Below are positions 47,626 through 63,999 of a stretch of 64,000 bases of DNA, in pieces. The DNA is taken from contig CAVSIV010000006.1 in the NCBI GenBank assembly GCA_963728205.1, positions 1,440,001 to 1,504,000 of the forward strand, in the 5' to 3' direction. Position numbers and translations under genes: made by a program. The stretch is from an uncultured Chloroflexia bacterium (GTDB taxonomy: Bacteria > Chloroflexota > Dehalococcoidia > UBA2979). The notes under the pieces are model-generated. The model made no database searches and had not been told where the DNA came from. It saw nothing but the letters and a program-made list of their open reading frames with translations. How positions within the stretch are numbered: the stretch's first letter is position 1; every line of letters begins with the position of its first letter.

Positions 47626-48053
47626 CCGAGAGCATCAGCCGCGAGTTCGTCGTTCCGCACCGGCCCGAGGCCGTCTGGCGCGCGCTGACCGACAGCGACG
47701 TGCTCGCGGAGTGGCTCATGCCGAATGACTTCGTCCCGCGCGTTGGCCATCGCTTCACGTTCCGCACGCAGCCGCTGCCCCAGTTCGGCTTCGACGGCGT
47801 CGTGCACTGCGAGGTGCTCGAGTGCGACGCACCATCGCGTCTTGCGTACTCGTGGGCGGGCGGCTCGCTCGATACGCGCGTGACCTACCGGTTGGAGCCT
47901 GAGGGCGACGGGACGCGTGTTCACTTCGAGCACTCGGGCTTCGACCTCGCCGAGCCGTACAACGCCGCGGCATACCGCGGGATGAGCCCGGGCTGGGCGA
48001 CGCTGGAGCAGGGCCTCGAGCGGGTGCTCGCGGCGCGCGCCGCCGGCGGCTAG
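47622..48053 (+). CDS. SRPBCC/AHSA1-domain protein
   Basis: VWRALTD..WLMPNDF, GTRVHFEHSGF. Confidence 0.9.
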   Translation: MTESISREFVVPHRPEAVWRALTDSDVLAEWLMPNDFVPRVGHRFTFRTQPLPQFGFDGVVHCEVLECDAPSRLAYSWAGGSLDTRVTYRLEPEGDGTRVHFEHSGFDLAEPYNAAAYRGMSPGWATLEQGLERVLAARAAGG

Positions 48054-48904
48054 CCTGCCGCCGGCTTCGTCGCCCGCAGCGAGTACATCATCGGCACGCG
48101 CTCCGGCCGGTCGGGCAGCACGTAGTAGGGGCGGCCCGGCTGCGAGCGCGTCTCGTCGAGCACCATCCACGGGAACCGCTTGAACGCGTTCACCGGGAAC
48201 TCGTGCAGGAACTCGAGCCGCAGCCCCGCCGCGATCAGCGCCGTCACCACGCTGCCGATCGGGTGCTCCCACTCGTACGACTCGTTGTGCGTCGTGTCGA
48301 CGCGGTCGGACGCATACGTGCCGGGCTCGTCGAAGTGCATCGGGTGCGCGGGGTCCGAGAAGTACGGGTAGCGCGCGACCATCAGGCCGTCGTCGCGTTC
48401 GTCGTCGAAGACCGCCGACATCGGGTGGAACTCCCACATGTAAAACGTCCCGCCGGGCGCGACGCTGTCCGCGACGACGCGCGCCCACGCCTCGATGTCG
48501 GCGAGCCACACGAGCGCGCCGCCGCCCGTGTAGACGACATCGAACCGCTCGCCCGCGAGCGCCTCGCGCGCGGCGTAGACGTCGGAGCACACCCAGCGCG
48601 TGCCCTCGATGCCGGCGCGCCGCGCGAGGTCCGCGGCGGCGTCCATCGCCGGCTGGGAGAAGTCGAGGCCGGTGACACGCGCGCCGAGGCGCGCGAGCGA
48701 GAGCGTGTCGAGCCCGAAGTGGCACTGCAGGTGCAGCAGCGAGCGCCCCTCGAGCGGCGGCAGCTCGTCGCGCTCGAAGAAGCGCAGCTTGGACTGCCCG
48801 GCGAGGAACTGTTCGACGCCGTAGAAGTCGGACTCGACGTGCATGGCCACGCGCTCGTCCCAGAGCGCGCGGTTCGTGTCGCGGAAGTCTTCCCAGGTGG
48901 TCAT
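48050..48904 (-). CDS. Class I SAM-dependent methyltransferase
   Basis: NRALWDER, LHLQCHFGLDTLS, EFHP. Confidence 0.9.
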   Translation of the reverse strand: MTTWEDFRDTNRALWDERVAMHVESDFYGVEQFLAGQSKLRFFERDELPPLEGRSLLHLQCHFGLDTLSLARLGARVTGLDFSQPAMDAAADLARRAGIEGTRWVCSDVYAAREALAGERFDVVYTGGGALVWLADIEAWARVVADSVAPGGTFYMWEFHPMSAVFDDERDDGLMVARYPYFSDPAHPMHFDEPGTYASDRVDTTHNESYEWEHPIGSVVTALIAAGLRLEFLHEFPVNAFKRFPWMVLDETRSQPGRPYYVLPDRPERVPMMYSLRATKPAAG

Positions 48905-48946
48905 GCGATCTCCGGCGCGCGGCACGGCTTCATCGGTCCGAACCGA

Positions 48947-49084
48947 AGCGGCGGCAGACATGCCGCCGACACCTCGCGGCCTCGGGGCCGCGTTGACATC
49001 GGCGGCATCCTGCCGCCGCTTGACGAGGTGTTCACGACAGCGTGCGTCGCTGCCACACGGCAGGCCTGAGGCCTGCCGCGCGCC
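48947..49084. repeat. Composite REP cluster (family A pair plus family B copy)
   Basis: A at 48947-48971 and 49000-49020; B at 49056-49084. Confidence 0.75.
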
Positions 49085-49087
49085 GTA

Positions 49088-50179
49088 CTAGCCGATGCGC
49101 TCCAGCACCGCGTCCGCCATCTCGCGCGTCGACAGCGACCGCTCGCCCGCGGAGGCGATGTCGGCTGTGCGCAGGCCCTCGTCGACCGCGCGCGCGACGG
49201 CCTGCTCGAGCGCCCGCGCCTCCTCCTCGAGGCCGCACGAGTGGCGCAGCAGCATCGCCGTGCACAGGAACATCGCGAGCGGGTTCGCGAGGCCCTTGCC
49301 GGCGATGTCCGGCGCCGAGCCGTGGATCGGCTCGTACATGCCGAGCCCCAGCCCGTCCTCGCCGAGCGCGCCCAGCGACGCCGACGGCAGCATGCCCATC
49401 GACCCCCCGAGCATCGACGCCTCGTCGGTGATGATGTCGCCGAACATGTTGTCGGCGATCACGACGTCGAAGCTCGACGGGCGGCGGATCAGGTGCATCG
49501 TCATCGCGTCGACGAGCACGTGCTCGAGCGCGACGTCCGGGTACTCCTTCGACACCTCGACCACGACCTCGCGCCACAGCCGCGACGACGCCAGCACGTT
49601 CGCCTTGTCGACGCTCGTCAGCCGCTTGCGGCGCTCGCGCGCGGTGCGGAAGCCCAGGTGCGCCACGCGTGCGACCTCGTCCTCGTTGTAGTAGTCGGTG
49701 TCGACGGCCTCGCGCCGGCCATTCACGACGCGCCGCTCCTGCGGCTGGCCGAAGTAGAGGCCGCTCGTGAGCTCGCGGATGACGAGCATGTCGACGCCGG
49801 CCAGCACCTCGGGCTTCAGCGTCGACGCGTGCGCGAGCGCCGGCTCGGCCTTCACCGGCCGCAGGTTCGCCCACAGCCCGAGGCCCTTGCGGATCGCGAG
49901 CAGCCCCTGCTCGGGCCGCACCGCCGCCGTCGGGTCGTCCCACTTCGGCCCGCCCACGGCGCCGAACAGCACCGCGTGCGACCGCTGCGCGCGCTCGATG
50001 GTCTCCGGCCGGATGGCCACCCCGTGCGCGTCGATCGCGGCGCCGCCGACGAGATCCTGCTCGAAGCGGAAGACGTGCTCGAACCGCTGCCCGATCGCCT
50101 CGAGGGCGCGCACGCCCTCGGCCGTGACCTCGGGGCCGATGCCGTCGCCGGGCAGCACGAAGATGTCGAAGGTGGACAT
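49088..50179 (-). CDS. leuB: 3-isopropylmalate dehydrogenase
   Basis: [33 protein letters not shown]. Confidence 0.97.
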   Translation of the reverse strand: MSTFDIFVLPGDGIGPEVTAEGVRALEAIGQRFEHVFRFEQDLVGGAAIDAHGVAIRPETIERAQRSHAVLFGAVGGPKWDDPTAAVRPEQGLLAIRKGLGLWANLRPVKAEPALAHASTLKPEVLAGVDMLVIRELTSGLYFGQPQERRVVNGRREAVDTDYYNEDEVARVAHLGFRTARERRKRLTSVDKANVLASSRLWREVVVEVSKEYPDVALEHVLVDAMTMHLIRRPSSFDVVIADNMFGDIITDEASMLGGSMGMLPSASLGALGEDGLGLGMYEPIHGSAPDIAGKGLANPLAMFLCTAMLLRHSCGLEEEARALEQAVARAVDEGLRTADIASAGERSLSTREMADAVLERIG

Positions 50180-50284
50180 CGCGGGACTCCGTTCGGTTGC
50201 GAGCGGCGAGTGTAGCCCGGGCCGGGGCGTGCTTCGAGCGGTGTGCTTCGAGCGGCGCCTGGTGAAGGCGCCGGTAGGCGAGCG

Positions 50285-50881
50285 CTACCCGCCTACGGCA
50301 ATCAGCGCGCCATAGAACGCGTCGCCACCCCCGGCAAACTTCAGGGAGAGCGCCGCGACGTACGTACCCGGTGCGAGGTCGTCTGGCAGGATGGCTCGTC
50401 CTCCCACGAGCGGCACCGCGATCGACTTGTCCGGATGACGCCAGGCGAGCCAGTCCGTCTGGTCGAACAGGGGCGCCTCGGGCGCGAGCCAGAGCTCGAG
50501 TTGGACCTCCGAAAGTGGCTCGCGGAATGCATCACCGCCGAAGTTCAGTTCGTCGCCGGGCGCCGCGGGGATAGAGTCGTGCGGGGTGAGCACGCCCACG
50601 GCGTCCTGGCACCTGTCACCCCAGCAGAATGTCCCAACCAGCATGTCGCCATGGTCAGCCGGCGTCCGGAGGGTGACCCCGGGCGGCTCGCTACCCGACG
50701 CGCTCGACGGCGGCGCCGCGAAGGTCGCGTTGGCTGTCGCGGGCTCGGTGCCGGCCGGAACATGGGTGGTTGCCGTTGCCACGCCCGTCGGCGCGCGGGA
50801 TCCCCGTGAGCAGCCCACGCCGATCATACCCAGAAGCAATCCGATGGCGATGGCGATCGTGGCCCGGTGCGGCGGCAGCAT
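50285..50881 (-). CDS. Putative lipoprotein
   Basis: Hydrophobic N-terminus with GVGC, Thr/Pro linker, GTFCW, PGTYV..GGDAFY. Confidence 0.65.
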   Translation of the reverse strand: MLPPHRATIAIAIGLLLGMIGVGCSRGSRAPTGVATATTHVPAGTEPATANATFAAPPSSASGSEPPGVTLRTPADHGDMLVGTFCWGDRCQDAVGVLTPHDSIPAAPGDELNFGGDAFREPLSEVQLELWLAPEAPLFDQTDWLAWRHPDKSIAVPLVGGRAILPDDLAPGTYVAALSLKFAGGGDAFYGALIAVGG

Positions 50882-50940
50882 CCAGTTCCGTCTTTCCCCC
50901 AGTAGGCCAGACGAACGCGGGTGCGCGTCTGTTCCACCTC

Positions 50941-51861
50941 TCATCGACGTGCGGTCGCCGCCCGCGCCGCGAACTGGCGCAGCCCGACCTCCCGGTCTCG
51001 CCCCTCGTTGAAGAGGTGACCGAATGCGACGAGGAAGATCGGCACGACGTCGACGTAGAAGCGCATGCGCCGCCGGAAGTGCGGGTCGACGCGGCCGGCG
51101 TAGCCGTCGAGGACCTGCTCGGTGAACGGCCACCCGTACGCGAGCAGCAGCCCGCCGAAGTCGAGCGCGGGGTCGGCGACCATCGCGTCGCCGAAGTCGA
51201 TCACGCCGGCGAGCGTGCCGTCCGGCGCCAGCAGGATGTGCGCCGGTGCGACGTCGCCGTGGACGAGCGTGCGCGGCGCGCCGCGCATGCCGCCCTCGGC
51301 GACGAAGCGAGCGGCGGTGGCGTCGAGCCACCCGCGGCTGCGGAGGCCGAGCAGTCCGCGATGCTCCGCGAACAGCGGCGCGTAGCGGTCGCGCCAGAGG
51401 TCGAGCTCGCGCACGCCCGCCGCCAGCGCGTCGGCGCGCGGCACGGCGTGGAGGCGCGTGAGGAAGTCCGCGAGCGACGCCGCCAGCGCCGCGCGCCGTG
51501 CGCCGCGGCCGAGCCGGCCGCGCGTCGCGGGCGCGCCTTCGATCAGGCGGTGCACGGTGGCGACGAGCGCACCGCGCTCGTCGACCAGCCCGCGCGACTC
51601 CCGCGGCGTCGGCAGGCGGCGCGCCGCGAGCAGCGGCAGCAGCGCGACCTCGCGCTCGAGGTCGCCCGTCACGGCGCGGAACGACTCGCCGCGCCGCAGC
51701 CGCAGCGCCCAGTCGCCGCGCGCGCCGGTCGAGCGGTCGGGCACGCGGTACGCCTCGGTGCCCCAGCCCTCGCCGATCTTCGTCGCGCGCGCGAGGTCGG
51801 CGCCGGGCAGCGCGCGCGCGGCGGCGTCGCGGACGGCGGGCGGGATCGCCGCGCGCGTCAT
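50941..51861 (-). CDS. Aminoglycoside phosphotransferase (APH)-like kinase
   Basis: GEGW, HGDVAPAHIL, VIDFGD, DPALDF. Confidence 0.88.
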   Translation of the reverse strand: MTRAAIPPAVRDAAARALPGADLARATKIGEGWGTEAYRVPDRSTGARGDWALRLRRGESFRAVTGDLEREVALLPLLAARRLPTPRESRGLVDERGALVATVHRLIEGAPATRGRLGRGARRAALAASLADFLTRLHAVPRADALAAGVRELDLWRDRYAPLFAEHRGLLGLRSRGWLDATAARFVAEGGMRGAPRTLVHGDVAPAHILLAPDGTLAGVIDFGDAMVADPALDFGGLLLAYGWPFTEQVLDGYAGRVDPHFRRRMRFYVDVVPIFLVAFGHLFNEGRDREVGLRQFAARAATARR

Positions 51862-52779
51862 CGCGCACGCCTCGTCTCCGCCGCCGCCATCGCGGCGACC
51901 TGCCGCCGCGCGTAGGCGGTCCAGCGCGGGAGCTCGCGCTCGACGCCGATGCGGAGCGTCATCAGCGCCTGGAGCGACGCGTAGATCCGCATCCGCTCGC
52001 GGAAGCCCTGGTCGACCCGGCCGCCGTAGTGCGCGAGCGCGTCCTCCGCAAACGGCCCGTCCCACTCCTGCACGAGGCGGCGGAAGTCGAGCGCCGGGTC
52101 GCCGATGCGCGGCCCGGACCAGTCGAGCACCGCCATGAGCGAGCCGTCGCCGTCGACGAGCAGGTGCGCCGGCTGGAGGTCGTCGTGCAGCGGCACCGGC
52201 GGCGGCGCGGTGCGCAGCGCCCGGCGCAGGCGCCCGGCGGCCGCGTCGGCCCACGCGCGGCTGCGCGGCGGCAGCAGGTCGCGCGTCGGCGCGACGGTCG
52301 CGCCGACGAAGCCCGGCCACGGCGCCTCCTCCTCGGCGCCGCAGGCGCGGTAGTCGTCGAGCGGGAGCGCGTGGAGGCGCGAGAGGAACGCGGCAACCTG
52401 CACGGCGAGCGTGGCGCGGGCCGCGCGACCGCGCGCGCCGGCCGGCTCGCCGTCGACGTAGCGGTGCACGCCGGCGAGCACGCGGCCGGCGTCGTCGCGC
52501 ACGACGGCAGAACCGTCGACCACGGGCAGGCCGCGCGCGCGCAGCCGCGGCATCAGGCACGCCTGCCGCTCGATCTCCATCCGCGGCCCACGCGAGCTTC
52601 GGGATGCGCACGACGTAGTCGCCGTCACGCGCGGGCACCCGGTACGCGAGCGCGTTCCACCCCTCGCCGAGCAGCTCCGCGCGCGCCACCCGCACGCCCG
52701 GGAGCGCGTCGCGCAGTCGCGCGGCGAGCGCGCGGTCGATACGGCCGGTGTACGCGGGAGCCTCGGGCGGCGTGGGCAT
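51858..52779 (-). CDS. APH-like kinase paralog, frameshifted near 52582
   Basis: GEGWN..VVRIPK then EIERQA..HDDLQPAHLL, LDWS, DPALDF in the next frame. Confidence 0.82.
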
Positions 52780-52839
52780 GCCAGCGATGATGCGCCGCCG
52801 CGCCCGCGAGCGGCCAGCGCCCGGGCAGTCGGCGCTCGG

Positions 52840-55251
<2,412 letters not shown>

Positions 55252-55284
55252 CGTCTCCGTCGAGTTGTGCGCTGGCGGCCCACC

Positions 55285-55372
55285 GCAGCGGCGGCAGACA
55301 TGCCGCCGACAGAACGCGGATGTAGTCCGCGGCTGTCGCCGCGTCGCTGTCGGCGGCGTCTCTGCCGCCGCT
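55285..55372. repeat. REP-like family A inverted pair
   Basis: gcagcggcggcagacatgccgccgaca ... tgtcggcggcgtctctgccgccgct. Confidence 0.78.
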
Positions 55373-55507
55373 TTGCGTGCCACGATACGTCCGGCGCGAC
55401 GGCCGGCGCTTCTCGATTCCTGCCCGGTTGGCGGCGGCGAAAACGAAGCCGCCGCTCATCCGAGCGGCGGCTGATCGAACGACCGGACGGGATGCGCGAC
55501 CCCGCGG

Positions 55508-56132
55508 CTAGCCGAACTTCGCGGTGGTCGCGAACGCCTTCTCGGTCGACGGCTTGAGCGGGTCGCGCTTGGCCTCGAACTCATCGATCGCGTCGGTGTG
55601 CTGCAGCGTGAGGCCGACGTCGTCGAGCCCGTTCAGCAGCCGGTGCTGCACGAACGGGTCGATGTCGAAGTGCCGCTCCCAGCCGGTGCCCGGCACCGTC
55701 ACGGTCTGCTTCGCCACGTCTACGACGATCTGCGCCGACGGCAGCTCCTCCGCGCGCGACATCAGGAAGTCGATGTCCTCCTGCGGCAGCGCGACCGTCA
55801 CCAGCCCGACCTTCGAGCAGTTGGTGCGGAAGATGTCGCCGAACGACGGCGCGATGATCGCCTGCACGCCCATGTCCTCGATCGCCCACACCGCGTGCTC
55901 GCGGCTCGAGCCGCAGCCGAAGTTCTGCTGCGCGAGCAGGATCTGGCGCGCCCGTGAAGCGCTCGTCGTTCGTCACGAACGACGGGTCCTTCTTCCAGTC
56001 GAAGAACGCGAACTCCCCGAAGCCGGAGCGCTCGATGCGCTTGAGGAACTGCTTCGGGATGATCTGGTCGGTGTCGACGTCGGCCCGGTTCAGCGGGATC
56101 GCGTTGCCGGTGACGGTCGTGACCTTGTGCAT
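55508..56132 (-). CDS. leuD: 3-isopropylmalate dehydratase small subunit, frameshifted near 55950
   Basis: [37 protein letters not shown]. Confidence 0.93.
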
Positions 56133-56142
56133 GAGTGCGCTC

Positions 56143-57540
56143 CTACAGCTTCCGCACGTCGACGAAGTGGCCGGCGATCGCGGCGCCGGCGGCCATCGCC
56201 GGCGAGACCAGGTGGGTGCGGCCGCCCGCGCCCTGCCGGCCCTCGAAGTTGCGGTTGCTCGTGCTCGCGCAGCGCTCGCCGGGCAGCAGGATGTCGGGGT
56301 TCATGCCCAGGCACATCGAGCACCCGGGCTCGCGCCACTCGAAGCCCGCGTCGAGGAAGACCTGGTCGAGGCCCTCCTCCTCCGCCTGCTGCTTCACCAG
56401 GCCCGATCCCGGCACGACCATCGCCTTCACGCTCGCCGCGACGTGCTGGCCTTTCGCCACCGCCGCGGCCGCGCGCAGGTCCTCGATGCGGCCGTTCGTG
56501 CACGAGCCGATGAACACACGGTCGATCGCGATGTCCTCGATGCGCGTGCCGGCGCGCAGGTCCATGTACTTGAGCGAGCGCTCGGCCGTCTCGCGCGCCG
56601 ACGCCGACCGCGCCTCCTCGGGCCGCGGCACGGCGCCGCTGATCGTGACGCTCTGCGCGGGCGTCGTGCCCCAGGTGACGAACGGCTCGATGTCCTCGCC
56701 GCGCAGCGTGATGTTCGTGTCGAAGACCGCGCCCTCGTCGGTCGCGAGGGCGCGCCAGCGCTCGACCGCCGCGTCCCAGTCCGCGCCCTGCGGCGCGAAG
56801 TCGCGACCCTTGAGGTAGGCGAACGTCGTCTCGTCCGGCGCGACGAGGCCGGCGCGTGCGCCGCCCTCGATCGTCATGTTGCACACCGTCATCCGCCCCT
56901 CCATCGAGAGGTTGCGGAAGACCTCGCCGCGGTACTCGATCACGTGGCCGATGCCGCCGTCGACGCCGATGCGGTTGATGATCGCGAGCGCGACGTCCTT
57001 CGCGGTGACGTGATCGTGCAGCGCGCCCGTGACCTCGACCGACATCGTCAGCGGGCGCATCTGCGGCAGCGTCTGCGTCGCCAGCACGTGCTCGACCTCG
57101 GACGTGCCGATGCCGAACGCGAGCGCGCCCATCGCGCCGTGGGTCGACGTGTGCGAGTCGCCGCAGACGATGGTCATGCCGGGCTGGGTGAGCCCGTGCT
57201 CGGGGCTGATGATGTGCACGATGCCCTGGCGCAGGTCGAAGATGTCCCACAGCGGGACGCCGAACTCCGTGCAGTTCTCGCGCAGCGTCTCGATCTGCTG
57301 CGCCGAGAGCGGGTCGGGGTTCGGGAGCGAGCGGTCGGTGGTCGGCACGTTGTGGTCGACCGTCGCGAGCGTGAGGTCGGGCCGGCGCACCGTGCGGGCG
57401 TTCAGGCGCAGGCTCTCGAACGCCTGCGGGCTCGTGACTTCGTGCACCAGGTGCAGGTCGATGTAGAGCAGGTCGGGCTCGCCCGGCTCGTGGCGGACGA
57501 CGTGCTCGTCCCAGATCTTCTCGATGATCGTGCGCGGCAT
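56143..57540 (-). CDS. leuC: 3-isopropylmalate dehydratase large subunit
   Basis: [38 protein letters not shown]. Confidence 0.97.
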   Translation of the reverse strand: MPRTIIEKIWDEHVVRHEPGEPDLLYIDLHLVHEVTSPQAFESLRLNARTVRRPDLTLATVDHNVPTTDRSLPNPDPLSAQQIETLRENCTEFGVPLWDIFDLRQGIVHIISPEHGLTQPGMTIVCGDSHTSTHGAMGALAFGIGTSEVEHVLATQTLPQMRPLTMSVEVTGALHDHVTAKDVALAIINRIGVDGGIGHVIEYRGEVFRNLSMEGRMTVCNMTIEGGARAGLVAPDETTFAYLKGRDFAPQGADWDAAVERWRALATDEGAVFDTNITLRGEDIEPFVTWGTTPAQSVTISGAVPRPEEARSASARETAERSLKYMDLRAGTRIEDIAIDRVFIGSCTNGRIEDLRAAAAVAKGQHVAASVKAMVVPGSGLVKQQAEEEGLDQVFLDAGFEWREPGCSMCLGMNPDILLPGERCASTSNRNFEGRQGAGGRTHLVSPAMAAGAAIAGHFVDVRKL

Positions 57541-57551
57541 TGGCCCTCCGG

Positions 57552-57628
57552 GGCGCGCGGCAGGCTTCGGGCCCGCCGTCTGCAATAGGTACTCACGTCC
57601 ACGGCAGGCCTGAAGCCTGCCGCGCGCC
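57552..57628. repeat. REP-like family B inverted pair
   Basis: ggcgcgcggcaggcttcgggcccgccgt ... cacggcaggcctgaagcctgccgcgcgcc. Confidence 0.78.
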
Positions 57629-57672
57629 GGGCGGACGCGCAACGCGCCTCCCGGCACTCGTGCCGGGAACTC

Positions 57673-59235
<1,563 letters not shown>

Positions 59236-59479
59236 GGTGTCGTTCCTCGGGTGCTGGTCGGTGTCGTTGCCTGCGGTGGGGCGGGGCCCTCCCGTTCCTC
59301 CCTACGACGGGAGGACGGAGGGCCGGGGAAGCACCAGGCGTCCCCGGCGCCGCATACGCAGAAGGGACGTTCCCGCCCCTTCGCGCGCGCCCGTGGGCGC
59401 GCAGCCGCCACCGTACGTGCGTACGGCTACCGCTGCTGCGCCTGCCCGGGACCACGACCGGCTCACGACTGCGCTCTTC

Positions 59480-60058
59480 CTACTTGCTCACGAACGGGAG
59501 GGCTTCCTCGTCGGGGCGACGTCCGCCCTCGGCGTGGAAGCGCTGCGCCGTCTCGGATTCCTTCTCGTGCACCGCGGTGGCGCGATTGCCGCGGACCATC
59601 GCCACGCGGCCCGTCCGCACCATCTCGCGGATGCCGTACGGCCGCAGGTTGTCCAGCAGCGCCTCGAGCGTATCGCCCGTCGCGACGACCTGGATGATCA
59701 GGCTGTTCGGCGTCACGTCCACGACCGACGCGCGGAAGACGTCGACGAGGTCGAGCACCTCGCGCCGCTGCTCCGGCGTGCAGCGCACCTTGATCAGCGC
59801 GAGCTCGCGGGCGACGGCCTCTTCCTTCGTGAGGTCCGAGACCTTCACGACGTCGATCAGCTTGTAGAGCTGCTTCTCGACCTGCTCGACGATCCCGTCC
59901 GCGCCGTCGAGGACGATCGTCATGCGCGAGATCCCGCGCTCGTCCGTCCCGCCGACGGCGAGCGAGTCGATGTTGAACCCGCGTCGCCGGAACAGCGACG
60001 CGACGCGGTTCAGCACGCCGGGTCTGTCTTCGACGAGCGCGACCACGGTGTGCTTCAT
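59480..60058 (-). CDS. ilvN: Acetolactate synthase small subunit
   Basis: PGVLNRV..RRGFNIDSL, KQLYKLIDV, EMVRTG. Confidence 0.95.
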   Translation of the reverse strand: MKHTVVALVEDRPGVLNRVASLFRRRGFNIDSLAVGGTDERGISRMTIVLDGADGIVEQVEKQLYKLIDVVKVSDLTKEEAVARELALIKVRCTPEQRREVLDLVDVFRASVVDVTPNSLIIQVVATGDTLEALLDNLRPYGIREMVRTGRVAMVRGNRATAVHEKESETAQRFHAEGGRRPDEEALPFVSK

Positions 60059-60098
60059 CGGGACACCTCGTCGCCACGGGCCGCTCGCGCGCATCCCT

Positions 60099-60154
60099 CA
60101 GCGGCGGCAGATATGCCGCCGACCCGGTCGGCGGCATATCTGCCGCCGCTGTGG
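60099..60154. repeat. REP-like family A inverted pair
   Basis: cagcggcggcagatatgccgccgac-ccg-gtcggcggcatatctgccgccgctg, a perfect long palindrome. Confidence 0.85.
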
Positions 60155-60170
60155 TCGATCGCCGTGCGGA

Positions 60171-61904
60171 TCATCGCGCCACCTCCGGCTTCGCCGGCGC
60201 CGGCCGGCCGAGCAGCCGCGCGATCTCGTCGGCGCTCTCCACCGTCTCGGACAGGGCCGCACCCGCCGGCACCATCGGCCACACGTTGCCCTCGGCCTCC
60301 ACGCGGAAGTCGAGCAGCACCGGGCCGTCGTGCGCGTTCGCTTCGGCGATCGCGTCGCTCACCTGCGACCGGTCCGTGACGAGGATGCCCTTGATGCCGT
60401 ACGCCTCCGCGAGCTTCACGAAGTCGGGCTGCGACATCGCGACCGAGACGTAGTTGTTCTGGTAGATGAGCTCCTGCCACTGACGGACCATGCCCAGGTA
60501 GCCGTTGTTCATGATCGCCATCTTCACGGGGACGTGCTCGTCCACCATCGTGGCGATCTCCTGGAACGTCATCTGGAAGCCGCCGTCGCCGCAGATCGTC
60601 CAGCACACGCGGTCCGGGCAGGCAATCTGCGCGCCCAGCGCCGCCGGCACCTCGAACCCCATCGTCCCGAGCCCGCCCGACGTGATCAGCTGGTACGGGC
60701 GCGAGATGCGCATGAACTGCGCGGCCCACATCTGGTGCTGGCCGACGCCGGTCACGACGACGCCCTCGGTGCCGATCGAGTCCGCGATGCGGTCGACGAC
60801 GTACTGCGTCGTCAGCGTGTCCCTGGTCGGGATTGCCATCGACTGGCCGTGCTCGGCGCGCACCTGGTCGATCCAGCGGACCCACTCGACGTGCGAGCGC
60901 TGCTCGACCGCCTCGGTGAGCTGGCCGAGCACCTCCTTCGCGTCGCCGACGACCGGAACCGTCGCGACGATGTTCTTGTTGTGCTCGGCCGGGTCGATGT
61001 CGATGTGCACGACCTTCGCCGTCGGGTTCATGTCGGCGAAGCGGCCGAGTGCGCGGTCGTCCATGCGCATGCCGACCGCGACGATGACGTCGGCGTTCGA
61101 CGCGGCCTGGTTCGCCCAGTACGAGCCGTGCATGCCCATCATCCCGTAGTTCAGGACGTGGTCGTGCGGCATGCCGCCGAGCCCGAGCAGCGTGTGCAGC
61201 ACCGGGATGCCGGCCTTCTCCGTGAAGGCGCGCAACTCGGCATCCGCCCGGCCGAGGATGACGCCGTGGCCGGCGAAGACGACGGGCCGCTCGGCGGCGT
61301 CGATCAGCGCGGCGGCGCGCTTCACCTGCGCCGGGTTGCCGCGCGTGACCGGGCGGTAGCCGCGGATCACGACCTCGGCCGGCCACTCGAACTCCGCCTC
61401 CTCCGTGAAGACGTCCTTCGGGATGTCGATGTGCACCGGGCCGGGACGGCCCGTGGTGGCGATGTGCGCGGCCTCGGCGAACGTGTACGCGAGGTCCTGC
61501 GCGCGCATCACCAGGTAGTTGTGCTTCACGATCGGCGTCGTGATGCCGGTGATGTCGGCCTCCTGGAAGCCGTCCTTCCCCAGCAGGTTGCGGGCGACGT
61601 TGCCGGTGATGAACAGCGTCGGGACGCTGTCCATCATCGCGGTCGTGATCGGCGTCACCAGGTTCGTCGCGCCCGGGCCGGAGGTCGCCAGCGCGACGCC
61701 GAGCTTGCCCGACGCGCGCGCGAAGCCGTCGGCCGCGTGGCCGCCGCCCTGCTCGTGGCGCACGAGGATGTGACGAATCTCGGGGTGCGCCGGCAGGCGG
61801 TCGTACAGCGGCAGCACGACGCCGCCGGGGTAGCCGAAGATCGTGGTCGCTTCGAGCCGCTTCAGGCTCTCGAGGACGATGTCCGCCCCGCTCATCCTGG
61901 TCAT
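60171..61904 (-). CDS. ilvB: Acetolactate synthase large subunit
   Basis: FGYPGG, RHEQG, TSGPGATN, GQHQMWAAQ, GDGGFQM. Confidence 0.97.
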   Translation of the reverse strand: MTRMSGADIVLESLKRLEATTIFGYPGGVVLPLYDRLPAHPEIRHILVRHEQGGGHAADGFARASGKLGVALATSGPGATNLVTPITTAMMDSVPTLFITGNVARNLLGKDGFQEADITGITTPIVKHNYLVMRAQDLAYTFAEAAHIATTGRPGPVHIDIPKDVFTEEAEFEWPAEVVIRGYRPVTRGNPAQVKRAAALIDAAERPVVFAGHGVILGRADAELRAFTEKAGIPVLHTLLGLGGMPHDHVLNYGMMGMHGSYWANQAASNADVIVAVGMRMDDRALGRFADMNPTAKVVHIDIDPAEHNKNIVATVPVVGDAKEVLGQLTEAVEQRSHVEWVRWIDQVRAEHGQSMAIPTRDTLTTQYVVDRIADSIGTEGVVVTGVGQHQMWAAQFMRISRPYQLITSGGLGTMGFEVPAALGAQIACPDRVCWTICGDGGFQMTFQEIATMVDEHVPVKMAIMNNGYLGMVRQWQELIYQNNYVSVAMSQPDFVKLAEAYGIKGILVTDRSQVSDAIAEANAHDGPVLLDFRVEAEGNVWPMVPAGAALSETVESADEIARLLGRPAPAKPEVAR

Positions 61905-61975
61905 GTGGCCGTCCGTACTTCTGTCTGCGTGCCCTGCCGGTGGGAGGCGGGCGATGCTACCGGTGTCGAGACATG

Positions 61976-62033
61976 GAAACAGCCCGGCACGCGGGCTGGC
62001 AGGCGATCCTTCCGCGACGGCGGGAAGGACCGC
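61976..62033 (-). terminator. ilvB attenuator hairpins/terminator
   Basis: Minus strand GCGGUCCUUCC..GGAAGGAUCGC stem then CAGCCCG-CGUGC-CGGGCUG-UUU. Confidence 0.65.
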
Positions 62034-62120
62034 CTAGGTAAGTACGAGTACGAGGAGGTCGAGGCCGCGGAGGATCGCGGTCTGCGAGGTCGCGCCGGTG
62101 AGGATGTGCGTGCGCGTCAT
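62034..62120 (-). CDS. ilvB operon leader peptide MTRTHILTGATSQTAILRGLDLLVLVLT
   Basis: 28-aa ORF ending in a Leu/Val run immediately before the hairpins. Confidence 0.8.
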   Translation of the reverse strand: MTRTHILTGATSQTAILRGLDLLVLVLT

Positions 62121-62206
62121 AGGCAACCAGTATTGGGGCCGCACGGAGCCGGCGTCAAATCGGGGAAACCCGCACGGGGGCGGTGAGGCGGACCGCCGAG
62201 ATCGCC

Positions 62207-62450
62207 CGCTTCGAGCGGCGCCTCAAGGCGCTGAGCCTCTCGGCCGAGGATGCCGCGCGCCGGCGCCGAGCCTCTCGGGGAAGGACGCCCCGCGCCTCAG
62301 CGCCTTCACCAGGCGCCGCTCGAAGCAAGCGTCCGCTCGGCCGAGGACGCCCCGCGTCTCAGCGCCTTCACCAGGCGCCGCTCGAAGCAAGCGTCCGCTT
62401 GGCCGAGGGTGCCCCGCGCCTCAGCGCCTTCACCAGGCGCCGCTCGAAGC
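62207..62450. repeat. Family C cluster: one forward copy plus three tandem 62-bp reverse units
   Basis: Units start at 62282, 62344 and 62406, nearly identical throughout. Confidence 0.88.
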
Positions 62451-62462
62451 GAGTGCCGGCCC

Positions 62463-63999
<1,537 letters not shown>

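Noticed and set aside
50941-52779. Apparent 612-aa fused double phosphotransferase
   Set aside because: Artefact of the frameshift in the upstream paralog; the middle translates as nonsense and the second gene has its own ATGA-coupled start
59280-59355. Possible leuA leader (MRRRGRLVLPRPSVLPS) with a downstream hairpin
   Set aside because: Only three scattered Leu codons, no RBS and no U tract; too weak to call
62282-62450. Three regularly spaced repeats resembling a CRISPR array
   Set aside because: The whole 62-bp unit is repeated with no unique spacers, no cas genes are present, and the same motif is dispersed elsewhere as a REP-like element
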